From NCBI GenBank assembly GCA_964477515.1, contig CAYZEL010000001.1, forward strand, positions 1-49,490: a stretch of 49,490 bases of DNA, written 5' to 3'. Below, piece after piece: positions 11,429 through 23,205 of this stretch. The stretch is from an uncultured Microbacterium sp. GTDB lineage: Bacteria; Actinomycetota; Actinomycetes; Actinomycetales; Microbacteriaceae. The notes beneath the pieces are model-generated. The model worked only from the letters and a program-made list of their open reading frames with translations, was not told where the DNA came from and ran no database searches. Numbering within the stretch: position 1 is the stretch's first letter; each line of letters starts with the position of its first letter. Both the position numbers and the translations under genes were made by a program.

Positions 11429-12979
11429 ATGCCCATCGAGATCTCGCGCGGGCACAATCCGCTGCGCGACCCGGACGATCGTCGTCTGAACCGCATCGCC
11501 GGTCCGAGCGCCCTCGTCATCTTCGGCGTGACAGGCGACCTGTCCCGCAAGAAGCTCATGCCGGCGGTCTATGACCTGGCCAATCGCGGCTTGCTTCCCC
11601 CCGGGTTCGCCCTGGTCGGGTTCGCGCGTCGCGACTGGGAAGACCAGGACTTCGCGAACGTCGTCCACGAGGCCGTGAAGCAGTATGCGCGCACGCCGTT
11701 CCGCGAAGAGACCTGGCGACAGCTCTTGCAGGGGATTCGATTCGTCTCGGGCGAGTTCGACGACGCGGATGCGTTCCGTCGCCTGCGCGAGACCGTCGAA
11801 CGACTCGACATCGAACGCGGGACGATGGGCAACCACGCCTTCTACCTCTCCATCCCCCCGAAAGACTTCGCGATGGTGGCGAAGCAGCTGCGGGACTCGG
11901 GACTGGTCAACGAGAATGCGAACGGGGACGACGCGTGGCGCCGTGTCGTCATCGAGAAGCCGTTCGGGCACGACCTCGCCTCGGCGCGGACGCTCAATGA
12001 CGCTCTCGAGGTTGCGTTCCCGGCGGATTCGATCTTCCGGATCGACCACTACCTCGGCAAAGAGACGGTCCAGAACATCCTGGCCCTCCGGTTCGCCAAC
12101 GAGCTGTTTGAGCCCCTCTGGAACAGCAACTACGTCGACCACGTGCAGATCACGATGGCCGAAGACATCGGCGTGGGTGGCCGTGCAGGTTACTACGACG
12201 GGATCGGCGCGGCACGCGACGTCATCCAGAACCACCTCCTGCAACTGCTCGCCCTGACCGCGATGGAGGAGCCCATCTCGCTCTCGGCGCACGACCTGCG
12301 CGCGGAGAAGGAGAAAGTCCTCGCTGCCGTGCAGCTGCCCGCCAATCTCGCCGAGGCGACCGCTCGCGGTCAGTACGCCGGCGGATGGCAGGGCGGCGAC
12401 AAGGTCTCCGGGTTCCTGGAAGAGGACGGCATGGACTCGGCGTCGACGACCGAGACGTTCGCGGCGATCAAGCTCGAGATCGCGACCCGCCGCTGGTCCG
12501 GCGTCCCCTTCTACCTGCGTACGGGCAAGCGCCTCGGTCGTCGTGTCACCGAGATCGCGGTTGTTTTCAAACGCGCACCGCAGCATATGTTCCTGCGCAG
12601 TCAGACCCTCGAGCTCGGGCAGAACGCCCTCGTGATCCGGATTCAGCCCGACGAGGGCGTCACCATCCGTTTCGGCTCGAAGGTTCCGGGCGCCGGCACG
12701 CAGGTGCGTGATGTCACGATGGACTTCGGCTACGGTCATGCGTTCACCGAGGCGAGCCCCGAGGCATACGAGCGCCTGATCCTCGATGTGCTGCTCGGCG
12801 AGCCACCGCTCTTCCCGCGTCACGAAGAGGTCGAACTCTCGTGGCGCATCCTCGACCCCGTCGAGGAGTTCTGGGCGGCCCAGGGTGGACCGTTGGAGCA
12901 GTACAGTCCCGGGTCGTGGGGCCCCGCATCCGCGGAAGAACTCCTGGCCCGCGACGGACGAGTCTGGAGACGCCCATGA
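11429..12979 (+). CDS. zwf: Glucose-6-phosphate 1-dehydrogenase
   Basis: GVTGDLSRKKL, EKPFG, RIDHYLGKETVQN, RDVIQNH. Confidence 0.97.
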   Translation: MPIEISRGHNPLRDPDDRRLNRIAGPSALVIFGVTGDLSRKKLMPAVYDLANRGLLPPGFALVGFARRDWEDQDFANVVHEAVKQYARTPFREETWRQLLQGIRFVSGEFDDADAFRRLRETVERLDIERGTMGNHAFYLSIPPKDFAMVAKQLRDSGLVNENANGDDAWRRVVIEKPFGHDLASARTLNDALEVAFPADSIFRIDHYLGKETVQNILALRFANELFEPLWNSNYVDHVQITMAEDIGVGGRAGYYDGIGAARDVIQNHLLQLLALTAMEEPISLSAHDLRAEKEKVLAAVQLPANLAEATARGQYAGGWQGGDKVSGFLEEDGMDSASTTETFAAIKLEIATRRWSGVPFYLRTGKRLGRRVTEIAVVFKRAPQHMFLRSQTLELGQNALVIRIQPDEGVTIRFGSKVPGAGTQVRDVTMDFGYGHAFTEASPEAYERLILDVLLGEPPLFPRHEEVELSWRILDPVEEFWAAQGGPLEQYSPGSWGPASAEELLARDGRVWRRP

Positions 12980-13926
12980 TCATCGAGATGCCCGACACGA
13001 CCGTCAGCCAAATCGCGAAGGCCCTCGTCAACGCCCGCGAAGAGGGCGGTGTGGTCGCGCTCGGCCGTGTCCTCACGCTCATCATCGCAACGAGGCACGG
13101 TCTCGAAGAGGATGCCATCGAGGCTGCGAACGACGCCTCGCGCGAGCATCCGATGCGGGTCATCGTGCTGCTGACAGACACGGTGGGCGAGCCGCGACTG
13201 GATGCGCAGATTCGTGTCGGCGGCGACGCCGGGGCGAGTGAGGTCATCGTGCTGCGCGCTTCCGGCGCCGCGGCGTCGAACGAAGAGAGCCTCGTCACCG
13301 GTCTGCTCCTACCCGACGCGCCTCTGGTTGTGTGGTGGCCGGATCAACCGCCGCGGAAACCGTCGGATTCGCCGCTTGGGCGGATGGCTCAGCGGCGGAT
13401 CACGGATGCCTCGACCGCCCCGCACACCGCGGACCGCCTCTCCATCCTGGGTGCGAACCATGCTCCGGGAGACACGGATCTCTCGTGGACCAGGCTCACG
13501 CACTGGCGCGAGCAGCTCGCCGCGGTTCTCGATCAGCCGCCGTTCGCCCCCATCACGGGTGCCGTCGTGCGAGGTGCGAGCACATCACCGTCGACGGCTC
13601 TCCTGGCCGCGTGGTTGCGTCTCAAATTGGATATCCCCGTGACCTGGGAGTACATGCCTCCCGAGGAGTGGGTGGACGGCATCAAGTCCGTCGACCTGCA
13701 GCGCGAGAGCGGAGACATCCTGCTCGAGCGTTCCTCCCCCACGGTCGCCTGTCTGACGCAGCAGGGTCAACCTCAGCACGACCTCGTGCTCCCGCGTCGG
13801 ACGCTCAGGGAATGCCTCGCGGAGGAGCTTCGCCGCCTCGATCCTGACCTGCTGTATGGTCGTGTGATCACCGAGGGTTGGGAACTGTTGGACCCGCCCG
13901 TCAGCCGGGAGCCGCATGTCGACTGA
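12976..13926 (+). CDS. opcA: G6PDH assembly/effector protein OpcA
   Basis: SREHPMRVI, LLLPDAPLVVWW, RRITD, DLSWTRLTHWR; ATGA overlap with zwf. Confidence 0.93.
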   Translation: MIIEMPDTTVSQIAKALVNAREEGGVVALGRVLTLIIATRHGLEEDAIEAANDASREHPMRVIVLLTDTVGEPRLDAQIRVGGDAGASEVIVLRASGAAASNEESLVTGLLLPDAPLVVWWPDQPPRKPSDSPLGRMAQRRITDASTAPHTADRLSILGANHAPGDTDLSWTRLTHWREQLAAVLDQPPFAPITGAVVRGASTSPSTALLAAWLRLKLDIPVTWEYMPPEEWVDGIKSVDLQRESGDILLERSSPTVACLTQQGQPQHDLVLPRRTLRECLAEELRRLDPDLLYGRVITEGWELLDPPVSREPHVD

Positions 13927-14707
13927 GAACCTCACCGATCGACGGGTCATCGTCAGCACGGACCGCGACACGGTGGTCGCCGTGGTCGCGCGCCGCGTCG
14001 TCGAGAAGCTCACCGTGCTGACCGTCGAGCGTCCGATCGTGCACGTCGCCCTCACCGGGGGGCGTGCGGGTACCGGTGTTCTGGCCGCCATCGCGGAGCA
14101 CCCGGGTGTGGAACTCATCGACTGGGCCCGCGTGCACTTCTGGTGGAGCGACGAGCGCTACGTCCCCGAATCCGATCCGGATCGCAACGCCCTGCAGGCT
14201 CGAGAGGCGCTGCTCGCCCGTCTCTCCACGCCGAGCGAGAACGTGCACGAGATTCTCGCGTCCGATCGATCGGAATCCGCCGAAGCCGCCGCGGAAGCGT
14301 ACTCGGCCGAACTCGCGCGCTTCGTGTCCTCGGAAGACGCCGGGTCCGGGGCCTGGCCGAGTTTCGACATCTGCCTCCTGGGGGTCGGCCCCGATGCTCA
14401 CATCGCATCGCTGTTCCCCGACCGCCCCGAGATCGGTGTCACCGACCGGGCGGCCGTCGCCGTGCACGACTCCCCCAAGGCTCCGCCGGTGCGGGTCACA
14501 CTGACCCGCCCGGTCATCAACGCGTCACAGCGCGTGTGGCTGGTGCTCACCGGATCCGAGAAGGCGGCCGCGCTCGGTCTCGCTCTCGCGGGAGCTAGCT
14601 ATGTGAGCGTCCCCGCCGCTGGAGCAAAGGGACGTCATCGCACGCTGTTCTTCGTCGACGCAGATGCCGCCGCCGAGGTTCCCGCGGAACTCATCGATCC
14701 CGACTGA
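13916..14707 (+). CDS. pgl: 6-phosphogluconolactonase
   Basis: ALTGG, WSDERYVP, FDICLLGVGPDAHIASLFP, SPKAPPVRVTLT. Confidence 0.95.
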   Translation: MSTENLTDRRVIVSTDRDTVVAVVARRVVEKLTVLTVERPIVHVALTGGRAGTGVLAAIAEHPGVELIDWARVHFWWSDERYVPESDPDRNALQAREALLARLSTPSENVHEILASDRSESAEAAAEAYSAELARFVSSEDAGSGAWPSFDICLLGVGPDAHIASLFPDRPEIGVTDRAAVAVHDSPKAPPVRVTLTRPVINASQRVWLVLTGSEKAAALGLALAGASYVSVPAAGAKGRHRTLFFVDADAAAEVPAELIDPD

Positions 14708-14736
14708 GTCCGCGAGGTCACCGTTACCGGGCGAGC

Positions 14737-15093
14737 TCAGTCCAGGCCGCGACGCTCGCGAAGGGCGCGCAGGGCGTCGTCGAGGAGCGCGGCGGCCTCT
14801 TCGTCCGTGCGACGCTCCTTCACGTACGCCAGGTGCGTCTTGTACGGCTCGGACTTCGCGAGTGACGGCGGGTTGGCCTTGTCGCGGCCTGCCGGGAGAC
14901 CCGAGTGCGGGCTGTCGATCGTGTCCGGGATCTCGTCCTCCGGCACGCCGGCGGCGAAGTAGCGAACCGTCTCGTTGCCGAGCGCGTCCCAATAGGGAAC
15001 GGCGATGCGCTCCGCGTGGTACCCGTGGTCCTGTTCGCCCATCGGACCCGCGCCCACCCGGGTGCCGCGGATCGCGTTTCCGCCAGTAGCCAT
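14737..15093 (-). CDS. RbpA-family RNA polymerase-binding protein (secG-linked paralog type)
   Basis: AIRGTRVG N-terminus; C-terminal KTHLAYVKERRT..LL..AL resembling the sigma-interaction segment. Confidence 0.8.
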   Translation of the reverse strand: MATGGNAIRGTRVGAGPMGEQDHGYHAERIAVPYWDALGNETVRYFAAGVPEDEIPDTIDSPHSGLPAGRDKANPPSLAKSEPYKTHLAYVKERRTDEEAAALLDDALRALRERRGLD

Positions 15094-15094
15094 G

Positions 15095-15343
15095 TCAGAT
15101 CCCCTGGAACTTGGTGATGAGGCCGAGTGCGACGATCGCGACGAACCACGTCAGGGCGAGCACGATGGTGAATCGGTTGAGGTTGCGCTCGGCGAGCCCC
15201 GACGACCCGAGCGACGACGTCATGCCGCCGCCGAACATGTCGGAGAGTCCACCACCGCGCCCCTTGTGGAGCAGGATCAACAGTGTGAGCAAGAGGCTGG
15301 TGATGCCGAGGATCACCTGCATCACGAATTCGATAATCTGCAC
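15095..15343 (-). CDS. secG: Preprotein translocase subunit SecG
   Basis: LLHKGRGGGLSDMFGGG, AERNLNRFT; two TM segments; TATACT -10 upstream. Confidence 0.95.
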   Translation of the reverse strand: MQIIEFVMQVILGITSLLLTLLILLHKGRGGGLSDMFGGGMTSSLGSSGLAERNLNRFTIVLALTWFVAIVALGLITKFQGI

Positions 15344-15405
15344 CGGTAAAGCCTTTCAGAGCACCCGTCGGGCGGGCGCAACGTCCTCAAGTATAGGCGG
15401 TGAGC

Positions 15406-16218
15406 CTAGACGCCCACGTGCTTCTGGTAACGGATGATGGCGGCGAATTCGTCGACCTTCAGACTCGCGCCTCCCACGAGCGCCCCATCGACATCGGGCT
15501 CACGCATGAAGCCCGCGATGTTGCCCGCGGCAACCGAACCGCCGTAGAGGATGCGCGTTGCCGCTGCTGCGTCGTCGCCGAGGGTCTCTGCGACGACCGC
15601 GCGCAGCTTCTCGCAGACCTGCTGTGCCTGATCGGGCGTCGCTGCCTGACCCGAGCCGATGGCCCAGACCGGTTCGTACGCCACGACGACCTCGGTGCCG
15701 GCAGCCACGTCGGCCAGAGCCTTCTTCAGCTGCGCGACCGGGACGGCACTCGCACCATGGGTTTCGAGATCCTCGGCTGTCTCACCGACGCAGATCACCG
15801 GTACGAGGCCGTGCTTCAGGGCCGCCTTGACCTTCGCCGCCACGACGTCGTCACCCTCGGCGTGGTACTGACGACGCTCCGAGTGTCCGATCAGGACATA
15901 CCCGCAGTCGAGCTTCTTCAGGAACTGACCCGAGATCTCTCCCGTGAACGCCCCCGAGTCGTGCACCGACAGGTCCTGCGCACCGAGCGAGAAAGCGATC
16001 TTGTCGGCAGAGATCAGTGTCTGCACACTACGCAGATCGGTGAAAGGCGGAAACACGGCGACCTCGACGGAACTCGCATCGTGCTTGGCGTCCTTCAACG
16101 CCCAGTCCAGCTTCTGAACGAGAGCGATCGCCTGCTGGTAGTCCAGGTTCATCTTCCAGTTGCCGGCGATCAGCGGTATGCGTCCGGGGCGCGATCCGCC
16201 CTGATTCACTGTTGCCAT
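15406..16218 (-). CDS. tpiA: Triosephosphate isomerase
   Basis: [38 protein letters not shown]. Confidence 0.97.
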   Translation of the reverse strand: MATVNQGGSRPGRIPLIAGNWKMNLDYQQAIALVQKLDWALKDAKHDASSVEVAVFPPFTDLRSVQTLISADKIAFSLGAQDLSVHDSGAFTGEISGQFLKKLDCGYVLIGHSERRQYHAEGDDVVAAKVKAALKHGLVPVICVGETAEDLETHGASAVPVAQLKKALADVAAGTEVVVAYEPVWAIGSGQAATPDQAQQVCEKLRAVVAETLGDDAAAATRILYGGSVAAGNIAGFMREPDVDGALVGGASLKVDEFAAIIRYQKHVGV

Positions 16219-17423
16219 CCGAGGACCTCCAGTCCGGGGAGCTTCTTGCCCTCGAGGAATTCCAGGCTGGCTCCGCCACCCGTCGAGATGTGACCGAACT
16301 GGTCGTCCGAGAATCCGAGCTGACGCACGGCGGCAGCGGAGTCTCCGCCGCCGACCACGCTCAAGCCATCGACCTCGGTGAGCGCCTTGGCGACGGTCTT
16401 GGTGCCGGCGGCGAAGGCAGGAATTTCGAACACGCCCATCGGGCCGTTCCAGAAGACGGTCTTGCTGTCGCGAATGAGTTCGGCGAACCGGGCGGCGGAC
16501 TCCGGGCCGATGTCTAGACCCAGACCGGAGGATCCGAACGGGGTGTCCTCCATCGCGTCGGCGGCCGTAACGACGTGCTCGGCGTCCGCACCGAACTTCG
16601 ATGCGACGACGATGTCCGTGGGCAGCACGAGCTCGACACCCGTGTCCTTCGCCCGCTGAACGTACTCGCGGACGATGTCGAGCTGATCGGTCTCGAGCAG
16701 ACTCGACGCAACCTTCAACCCCTCCGCCGCGAGGAAGGTGAAGACCATGCCGCCACCCACCAGGATGCGGTCGACGCGCGGGAGCAGGTGCGAGATCACG
16801 CCCAGCTTGTCACTGACCTTCGACCCGCCGAGTACCACCGTGTACGGCCGCTCGGGGTTCTCCGTCAGCCGGTCGAGCACATCGAGCTCCGTCTGAATCA
16901 GCAGGCCCGCGGCGGACGGCACCAGCTCCGCGAGCTCGTACACGCTCGCCTGCTTGCGGTGCACGACACCGAAGCCATCCGAGACGAGCGCGTCACCGAG
17001 CGACGCCAGCCGTTCCGCGAACGCACGGCGCTCCGTGGCATCCTTCGACGTCTCACCGGGCTCGAAACGCAGATTCTCGAGAACCGCGACATCGCCGTCC
17101 TCGAGAGCCGCAACGGCCTCCCGAGCGGACTCCCCCACCGTGTCGCGCGCGAACGCGACCGGCTTGGCGAGCAGTTCCGACAGTCGCTGTGCTACCGGCT
17201 CGAGGCTGTACTTCGGATCGGGAGCACCATCGGGACGACCGAGGTGGGAGCAGACGACGACACGGGCGCCGCGCTGGATCAGGGCGTTCAGGGTCGGCAA
17301 CGACGCGCGCACGCGGCCATCGTCCGTGATCCGACCATCCCGGAGGGGGACGTTCAGATCACAGCGGACGATGACCCGCGTGCCGACGAGCGACCCCAGC
17401 GAATCGAGGGTGCGCAGGGGCAT
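16206..17423 (-). CDS. pgk: Phosphoglycerate kinase
   Basis: [42 protein letters not shown]. Confidence 0.97.
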   Translation of the reverse strand: MPLRTLDSLGSLVGTRVIVRCDLNVPLRDGRITDDGRVRASLPTLNALIQRGARVVVCSHLGRPDGAPDPKYSLEPVAQRLSELLAKPVAFARDTVGESAREAVAALEDGDVAVLENLRFEPGETSKDATERRAFAERLASLGDALVSDGFGVVHRKQASVYELAELVPSAAGLLIQTELDVLDRLTENPERPYTVVLGGSKVSDKLGVISHLLPRVDRILVGGGMVFTFLAAEGLKVASSLLETDQLDIVREYVQRAKDTGVELVLPTDIVVASKFGADAEHVVTAADAMEDTPFGSSGLGLDIGPESAARFAELIRDSKTVFWNGPMGVFEIPAFAAGTKTVAKALTEVDGLSVVGGGDSAAAVRQLGFSDDQFGHISTGGGASLEFLEGKKLPGLEVLGWQQ

Positions 17424-17432
17424 CAGCGGAAC

Positions 17433-18479
<1,047 letters not shown>

Positions 18480-18507
18480 TTAGGTGCGCGGATACGCGCG
18501 TTTTCGG

Positions 18508-18568
18508 ATGAAGGAGGACGCCGGATCCCCCGACTCAGCAAGGGCTCAGCGGCGTCCTCGCCTTCGTC
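18508..18568 (-). terminator. Stem-loop downstream of sod
   Basis: gaaggaggacgccg...cggcgtcctcgccttc imperfect inverted repeat next to the sod stop codon. Confidence 0.55.
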
Positions 18569-19193
18569 ACGACATTACCAGGAGACCCGCAGTCTTCTCG
18601 CGGGCGGTCTCGAAGCGGGTCTGAACGTCAGCCCAATTCGCGATGTTCCAGAACGCCTTCACGTAGTCGGCGCGGACGTTCTTGTAGTCCAGGTAGTAAG
18701 CGTGCTCCCAGACGTCCAGCAGCAGGAGCGGGACGGTGCCCGCGGCGAACTGCGACTGCTGGTCGAAGAACTGCTGGATGATCAGGTTCTGGCCGATCGA
18801 ATCCCAGAACAGGCCGGCCCAGCCGGAGCCCTGCACACCGAGAGCGGCGGCGGTGAAGTGGGCGGTGAACTTGTCGAACGAACCGAAGTGGTCGTCCATC
18901 GCCGCCGCGAGCTCGCCCGTCGGCTTGTCTCCGCCGTTCGGCGAGAGGTTGGTCCAGAAGATCGAGTGGTTGGTGTGTCCACCGAGGTTGAAGGCGAGAT
19001 CCTTCTCGAGCTTGTTGACGAAGGCGAAGTCACCCTTGTCGCGGGCCTCGGCCAACTGCTCCAGCGCCGTATTGGCGCCGGTCACGTAGGCCTGGTGATG
19101 CTTGTCGTGGTGCAGCTGCATGATCGAGGCACTGATGTGCGGCTCGAGAGCGGCGTAGTCGTAGGGAAGTTCGGGCAGCGTGTAAGTCGCCAT
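18567..19193 (-). CDS. sodA: Fe/Mn superoxide dismutase
   Basis: [37 protein letters not shown]; AGGAGG RBS. Confidence 0.96.
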   Translation of the reverse strand: MATYTLPELPYDYAALEPHISASIMQLHHDKHHQAYVTGANTALEQLAEARDKGDFAFVNKLEKDLAFNLGGHTNHSIFWTNLSPNGGDKPTGELAAAMDDHFGSFDKFTAHFTAAALGVQGSGWAGLFWDSIGQNLIIQQFFDQQSQFAAGTVPLLLLDVWEHAYYLDYKNVRADYVKAFWNIANWADVQTRFETAREKTAGLLVMS

Positions 19194-19262
19194 AGTCGTA
19201 TTTCCTCCTGTCGGTGCCACGCTTCGCGCGGCGCGGATGACGTTCTCATCCTATCGAGGGGC

Positions 19263-19288
19263 AACGCCGAGACCAGGGCCTTGCTTCC
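19263..19288 (-). promoter_or_regulatory. SigH/SigR-type ECF promoter upstream of sod
   Basis: Minus strand GGAAG-N18-GTT; a separate TAGGAT -10 lies closer to the gene. Confidence 0.55.
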
Positions 19289-19335
19289 CGATCCGGGCAT
19301 CTCTGCGGGCGCCCGGCGCACGCAGCGCCCTTCGA

Positions 19336-20313
19336 TCAGGCGTCGACGTCGGCCGGGATACCCGCCTCGGTGCCGGGGATGCCCTCGTCTTCGGCGCGCT
19401 TGTCGGCCATCGCGAGCAGACGACGGATGCGTCCCGCGACGGCATCCTTCGTCAGCGGCGGATCGGCGTGGTGGCCGAGCTCATCGAGGCTCGCCTCGCG
19501 GTGGGCCAGGCGCAGCTCTCCCGCCTCGCGCAGGTGGTCGGGGATCCCCGGGCCCAGGATCTCGAGAGCCCGCTCGACACGCGCACACGCGGCGACGGCG
19601 GCCTGGGCTGAGCGACGCAGGTTGGCGTCATCGAAATTGACGAGGCGGTTCACACCGGCGCGCACCTCACGGCGCTGGCGGAGCTGCTCCCACTCCGCTG
19701 CGGCACGCTGGGCTCCCATCGTCTGCAGGATGGCGCGGATCGCCTCGCCGTCGCGCACCACGACGCGGTGCACCCCGCGAACCTCACGGGCCTTCGCCGC
19801 GACGCCCAGACGATGCGCCGCCCCGACGAGCGCCATGGCGGCCTCCGACGAGGGGCAGGTGACCTCGAGCGCGGCCGAGCGGCCGGGATCCGTCAGCGTA
19901 CCCGCGGCCAGGAACGCCCCGCGCCAGATGGCCGCGAGGTCCTCGCGGGACCCGGTCGTCAGCTTGTTCGGCAGCCCGCGAACGGGACGACGACGCTGAT
20001 CGAGAAGACCCGTCTGGCGCGCCAGCGTCTCACCGCCCTCGATGACCCGGACGACGAAGTGACCCTCTTGGCGCGAGGACGAGGCCTGCACGTGCCCGAG
20101 CTCGGGACGGACGCCGTAGAGCTCGACCAGGTCACGAGCCGTGCGGCGCGCGAGAACCTCGGAGTCGAGTTCCGCCTCAATGGCGATCCGGTTCGCGATC
20201 GAGTGCAGGCCGCCGGAGAAACGCAGCAGCGACGTCACCTCGGCGACGCGCGCCGTCGCACGTGGGTCGCGAATGGCTACCAATTCGGCCTTGACATCGG
20301 CGGTGAGTGGCAA
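19336..20313 (-). CDS. whiA: DNA-binding protein WhiA
   Basis: [43 protein letters not shown]. Confidence 0.95.
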   Translation of the reverse strand: MPLTADVKAELVAIRDPRATARVAEVTSLLRFSGGLHSIANRIAIEAELDSEVLARRTARDLVELYGVRPELGHVQASSSRQEGHFVVRVIEGGETLARQTGLLDQRRRPVRGLPNKLTTGSREDLAAIWRGAFLAAGTLTDPGRSAALEVTCPSSEAAMALVGAAHRLGVAAKAREVRGVHRVVVRDGEAIRAILQTMGAQRAAAEWEQLRQRREVRAGVNRLVNFDDANLRRSAQAAVAACARVERALEILGPGIPDHLREAGELRLAHREASLDELGHHADPPLTKDAVAGRIRRLLAMADKRAEDEGIPGTEAGIPADVDA

Positions 20314-20354
20314 CCTGCGCTCCTCGGATCGGGTCGGACGTGAACCCGCCTAGC

Positions 20355-21233
20355 CTACTCGCGACCGAGATCGCGATGCTTCACGCGCACGGCGACTCCG
20401 GGCACGGTGGACAACCGAGCGGCCAGCTGCTCCGCCATCACGACGGAACGGTGCTTGCCGCCGGTGCACCCGACGGCGACCGTGGAGTGGCGCTTGTTCT
20501 CGCGCTGATATCCGGCCAGGACGGGCGCCAGGGAGAGGGCGTACGCGTCCAAGAACTCCATCGCACCCTCTTGCGCGAGCACGAAGTCGCGGACGCGCTC
20601 GTCCTGCCCGGTCAGGTGGCGGAGCTCCTCGTTCCAGAACGGGTTCGGCAGAAATCTCATGTCCGCGACGAGGTCGGCATCCGGCGGCACCCCGTACTTG
20701 AACCCGAAACTCTGCACCGTGATGGTGTGGCGGGCCGAACTCTCCTCGAGGAACAGCTCGGAGACGGTCGTCGCGAGCTGATGGATGTTGTAGGCGCTGG
20801 TGTCGATGATCAGGTCGGCGCTCTCGCGGATCGGCGCCAGGCGGCGGCGTTCGCGGTGGATTCCGTCGAGAATCGTTCCCTCGCCCTGCAAGGGGTGCGG
20901 GCGCCGGACCGCTTCGAAACGACGGACGAGCACTTCGTCCGAGGCGTCGAGGAAGACCAGACGCACCTGACGACCCTTGCGGAGAGCATCCATCACGTCG
21001 GGAAGGTCCTCGAACAGGCCTCTGCCCCGCACATCGACGACGGCCGCGACCCGCGGAAGGGCTCCGGCGGCGAGTCCGGTGATGTCGAGCAGGGGCCGCA
21101 GCATCTGCGGCGGGAGGTTGTCGACGACGTACCAGTCGAGGTCTTCGAGGGCGTTGCCGACCGTGGATCTGCCGGCCCCGGACATGCCGGTCACCACGAG
21201 GACTTCCCCCGCGCTGCCGCCCGTATCCGTCAT
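20355..21233 (-). CDS. rapZ: RNase adapter RapZ/YvcJ P-loop protein
   Basis: [39 protein letters not shown]. Confidence 0.95.
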   Translation of the reverse strand: MTDTGGSAGEVLVVTGMSGAGRSTVGNALEDLDWYVVDNLPPQMLRPLLDITGLAAGALPRVAAVVDVRGRGLFEDLPDVMDALRKGRQVRLVFLDASDEVLVRRFEAVRRPHPLQGEGTILDGIHRERRRLAPIRESADLIIDTSAYNIHQLATTVSELFLEESSARHTITVQSFGFKYGVPPDADLVADMRFLPNPFWNEELRHLTGQDERVRDFVLAQEGAMEFLDAYALSLAPVLAGYQRENKRHSTVAVGCTGGKHRSVVMAEQLAARLSTVPGVAVRVKHRDLGRE

Positions 21234-21259
21234 CGCTCCAGCCCCCCTCAGCCCGACTC

Positions 21260-23203
21260 CTAGCCTACCGACTCGGCGAGGGGTGCGACGTTCGAGCCTT
21301 CCGCCGCCGCCGCTACCTCCGCTGCGTCCTGCAGTCGTGTCTGGATCGTTGCCGCGAGCTTGGGCCCGATGCCCTTGACCGCGGTGATCTCGTCCGCGCT
21401 GGCACGCCTCAGCGCGGCGACCGATCCGAAGTGCCGCAGCAACACGCGGATCCTCTCGGCGCCCAGGCCGGGGATCTCGGCGAGCACGCTCTGGATGTCC
21501 TTCCGGCGACGGGAACGCTGGTGCGTGATCGCGAACCGGTGCGCCTCGTCGCGCAGACGCTGCAGCAGATAGAGCGCCTCGCTCGTGCGGGGCAGGATGA
21601 CGGGGTACTCGTCGCCCGGAAGCCACACCTCTTCGAGGCGCTTGGCGATCCCGCACAGCGCGATCTCTTCATGGCCGGAATCCGCGAGGGCGCGCGCGGC
21701 CGCCTCGACCTGCGGCCGGCCGCCGTCCACGACGAGAAGCTGGGGAGGATAGGCGAAGCGCGGTCGCTTGCGCACGACACCCTCGACCTCGGGTTCCTCC
21801 GGCCGGTCGAGATAGGCGAGTCGGCGCGTGAGGACCTGATGGATGGAGTCCGTGTCATCCGTCGTCTCGGCGATCGAGAACGAGCGGTACTGGTCTTTGC
21901 GGGGCAGCCCGTCCTCGAAGACGACCATCGATGCCACGACGTTCGAGCCGCTCAGGTGCGACACGTCGAAGCACTCGATCCGCAGGGGCGCCTCGGCGAG
22001 CCCGAGCGCCTCTTGCAGGTCCGTGAGGGCCTGGCTGCGGGCGATGTAGTCGCTGGTGCGGCGCGTCTTGTGCAACATGAGCGCTTGCTGCGCGTTGAGG
22101 TTTGCCGTGCGCTGCAGATCGGCCTTGCGCCCGCGCTGCGCCGTTTGCACGGTCACCGGACGACCGCGCTTCTCACGAAGCCACTCCTCGAGTTCGGTCG
22201 CATCCGGGGGCAGGACCGGGATGAAGACGCGACGCGGGATGTCCGCTGCCGGGGCGTCGCCGTACGCGCGTTGCAGGACCTGGTCGACGAGGTCCCCGCC
22301 CTCGATGTCGAGTTCCTTCTCGATCGTCGATGCCCGCACACCGCGGATGCGGCCGCCCCGGATGACGAAGTGCTGCACGGTCGCCGCGAGTTCGTCCTCG
22401 GCGATACCGAACAGGTCCGCATCGACGTCTTCGCCGAGGACGAGCGCGCTGCGCGACAGAACCGCGTCGACGGCGGCGAGCTTGTCTCGATACGTGGCCG
22501 CGCTCTCGTAATCCATGGCAGCCGAAGCCTCGCGCATGCGAGCCGACAGCTGGGTGCGGAATCGCTGGTCGCCCCCCGACATGAACGCGACGAAGTCGTC
22601 GACGATCGCGCGGTGCTCTTCGACCGTCACCTTCATCGAGCACGGCCCACCGCACTTGCCGATCTGGCCCGGAAAGCACGGCCGACCGGTCTGCATCGCC
22701 TTGCGGTAGCTCGAGTCGCTGCAGGTGCGGATCGGGAAGACCTTGATCATCAGGTCGATCGTGTCGTGCACGGCCCAGATCTTCGGATACGGGCCGAAGT
22801 ACTTCGCGCCCGAGATCCGTCGATTGCGGGTGACGACGACGCGGGGCGCCTCGTCACCGAGCGTGATCGCCATGAACGGGTAGGACTTGTCGTCGCGGTA
22901 GCGCACGTTGAAGGGCGGATCGAACTCCTTGATCCACATGTACTCCAGCTGAAGTGCCTCGACGTCGCTGCCCACGACCGTCCACTCCACGGAGGAGGCG
23001 GTCGTCACCATTCGGCGCGTGCGCTCGTGAAGGGTGTGCAGGGGGGCGAAGTAGTTGCTCAGACGGGAGCGCAGGTTCTTTGCCTTGCCCACGTAGAGAA
23101 CGCGCCCGGAAGCATCCCGGAATCGGTATACACCCGGGTTGGTCGGGATCTCACCGGCTCGGGGACGATACGGCAGCTGAGGCCGGGATGACGCGGCGGC
23201 CAC
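21260..23203 (-). CDS. uvrC: Excinuclease ABC subunit C
   Basis: GIY-YIG ([13 protein letters not shown]), [22 protein letters not shown]-terminal HhH pair. Confidence 0.97.
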   Translation of the reverse strand: MAAASSRPQLPYRPRAGEIPTNPGVYRFRDASGRVLYVGKAKNLRSRLSNYFAPLHTLHERTRRMVTTASSVEWTVVGSDVEALQLEYMWIKEFDPPFNVRYRDDKSYPFMAITLGDEAPRVVVTRNRRISGAKYFGPYPKIWAVHDTIDLMIKVFPIRTCSDSSYRKAMQTGRPCFPGQIGKCGGPCSMKVTVEEHRAIVDDFVAFMSGGDQRFRTQLSARMREASAAMDYESAATYRDKLAAVDAVLSRSALVLGEDVDADLFGIAEDELAATVQHFVIRGGRIRGVRASTIEKELDIEGGDLVDQVLQRAYGDAPAADIPRRVFIPVLPPDATELEEWLREKRGRPVTVQTAQRGRKADLQRTANLNAQQALMLHKTRRTSDYIARSQALTDLQEALGLAEAPLRIECFDVSHLSGSNVVASMVVFEDGLPRKDQYRSFSIAETTDDTDSIHQVLTRRLAYLDRPEEPEVEGVVRKRPRFAYPPQLLVVDGGRPQVEAAARALADSGHEEIALCGIAKRLEEVWLPGDEYPVILPRTSEALYLLQRLRDEAHRFAITHQRSRRRKDIQSVLAEIPGLGAERIRVLLRHFGSVAALRRASADEITAVKGIGPKLAATIQTRLQDAAEVAAAAEGSNVAPLAESVG

Positions 23204-23205
23204 GG

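Noticed and set aside
8532-12979. Apparent 958-aa and 1025-aa fusion ORFs (tal-pgi, pgi-zwf)
   Set aside because: The N-terminal extensions are off-frame, Arg-rich readings of the upstream gene; tal and pgi have their own stops, and real starts are at 9789 and 11429
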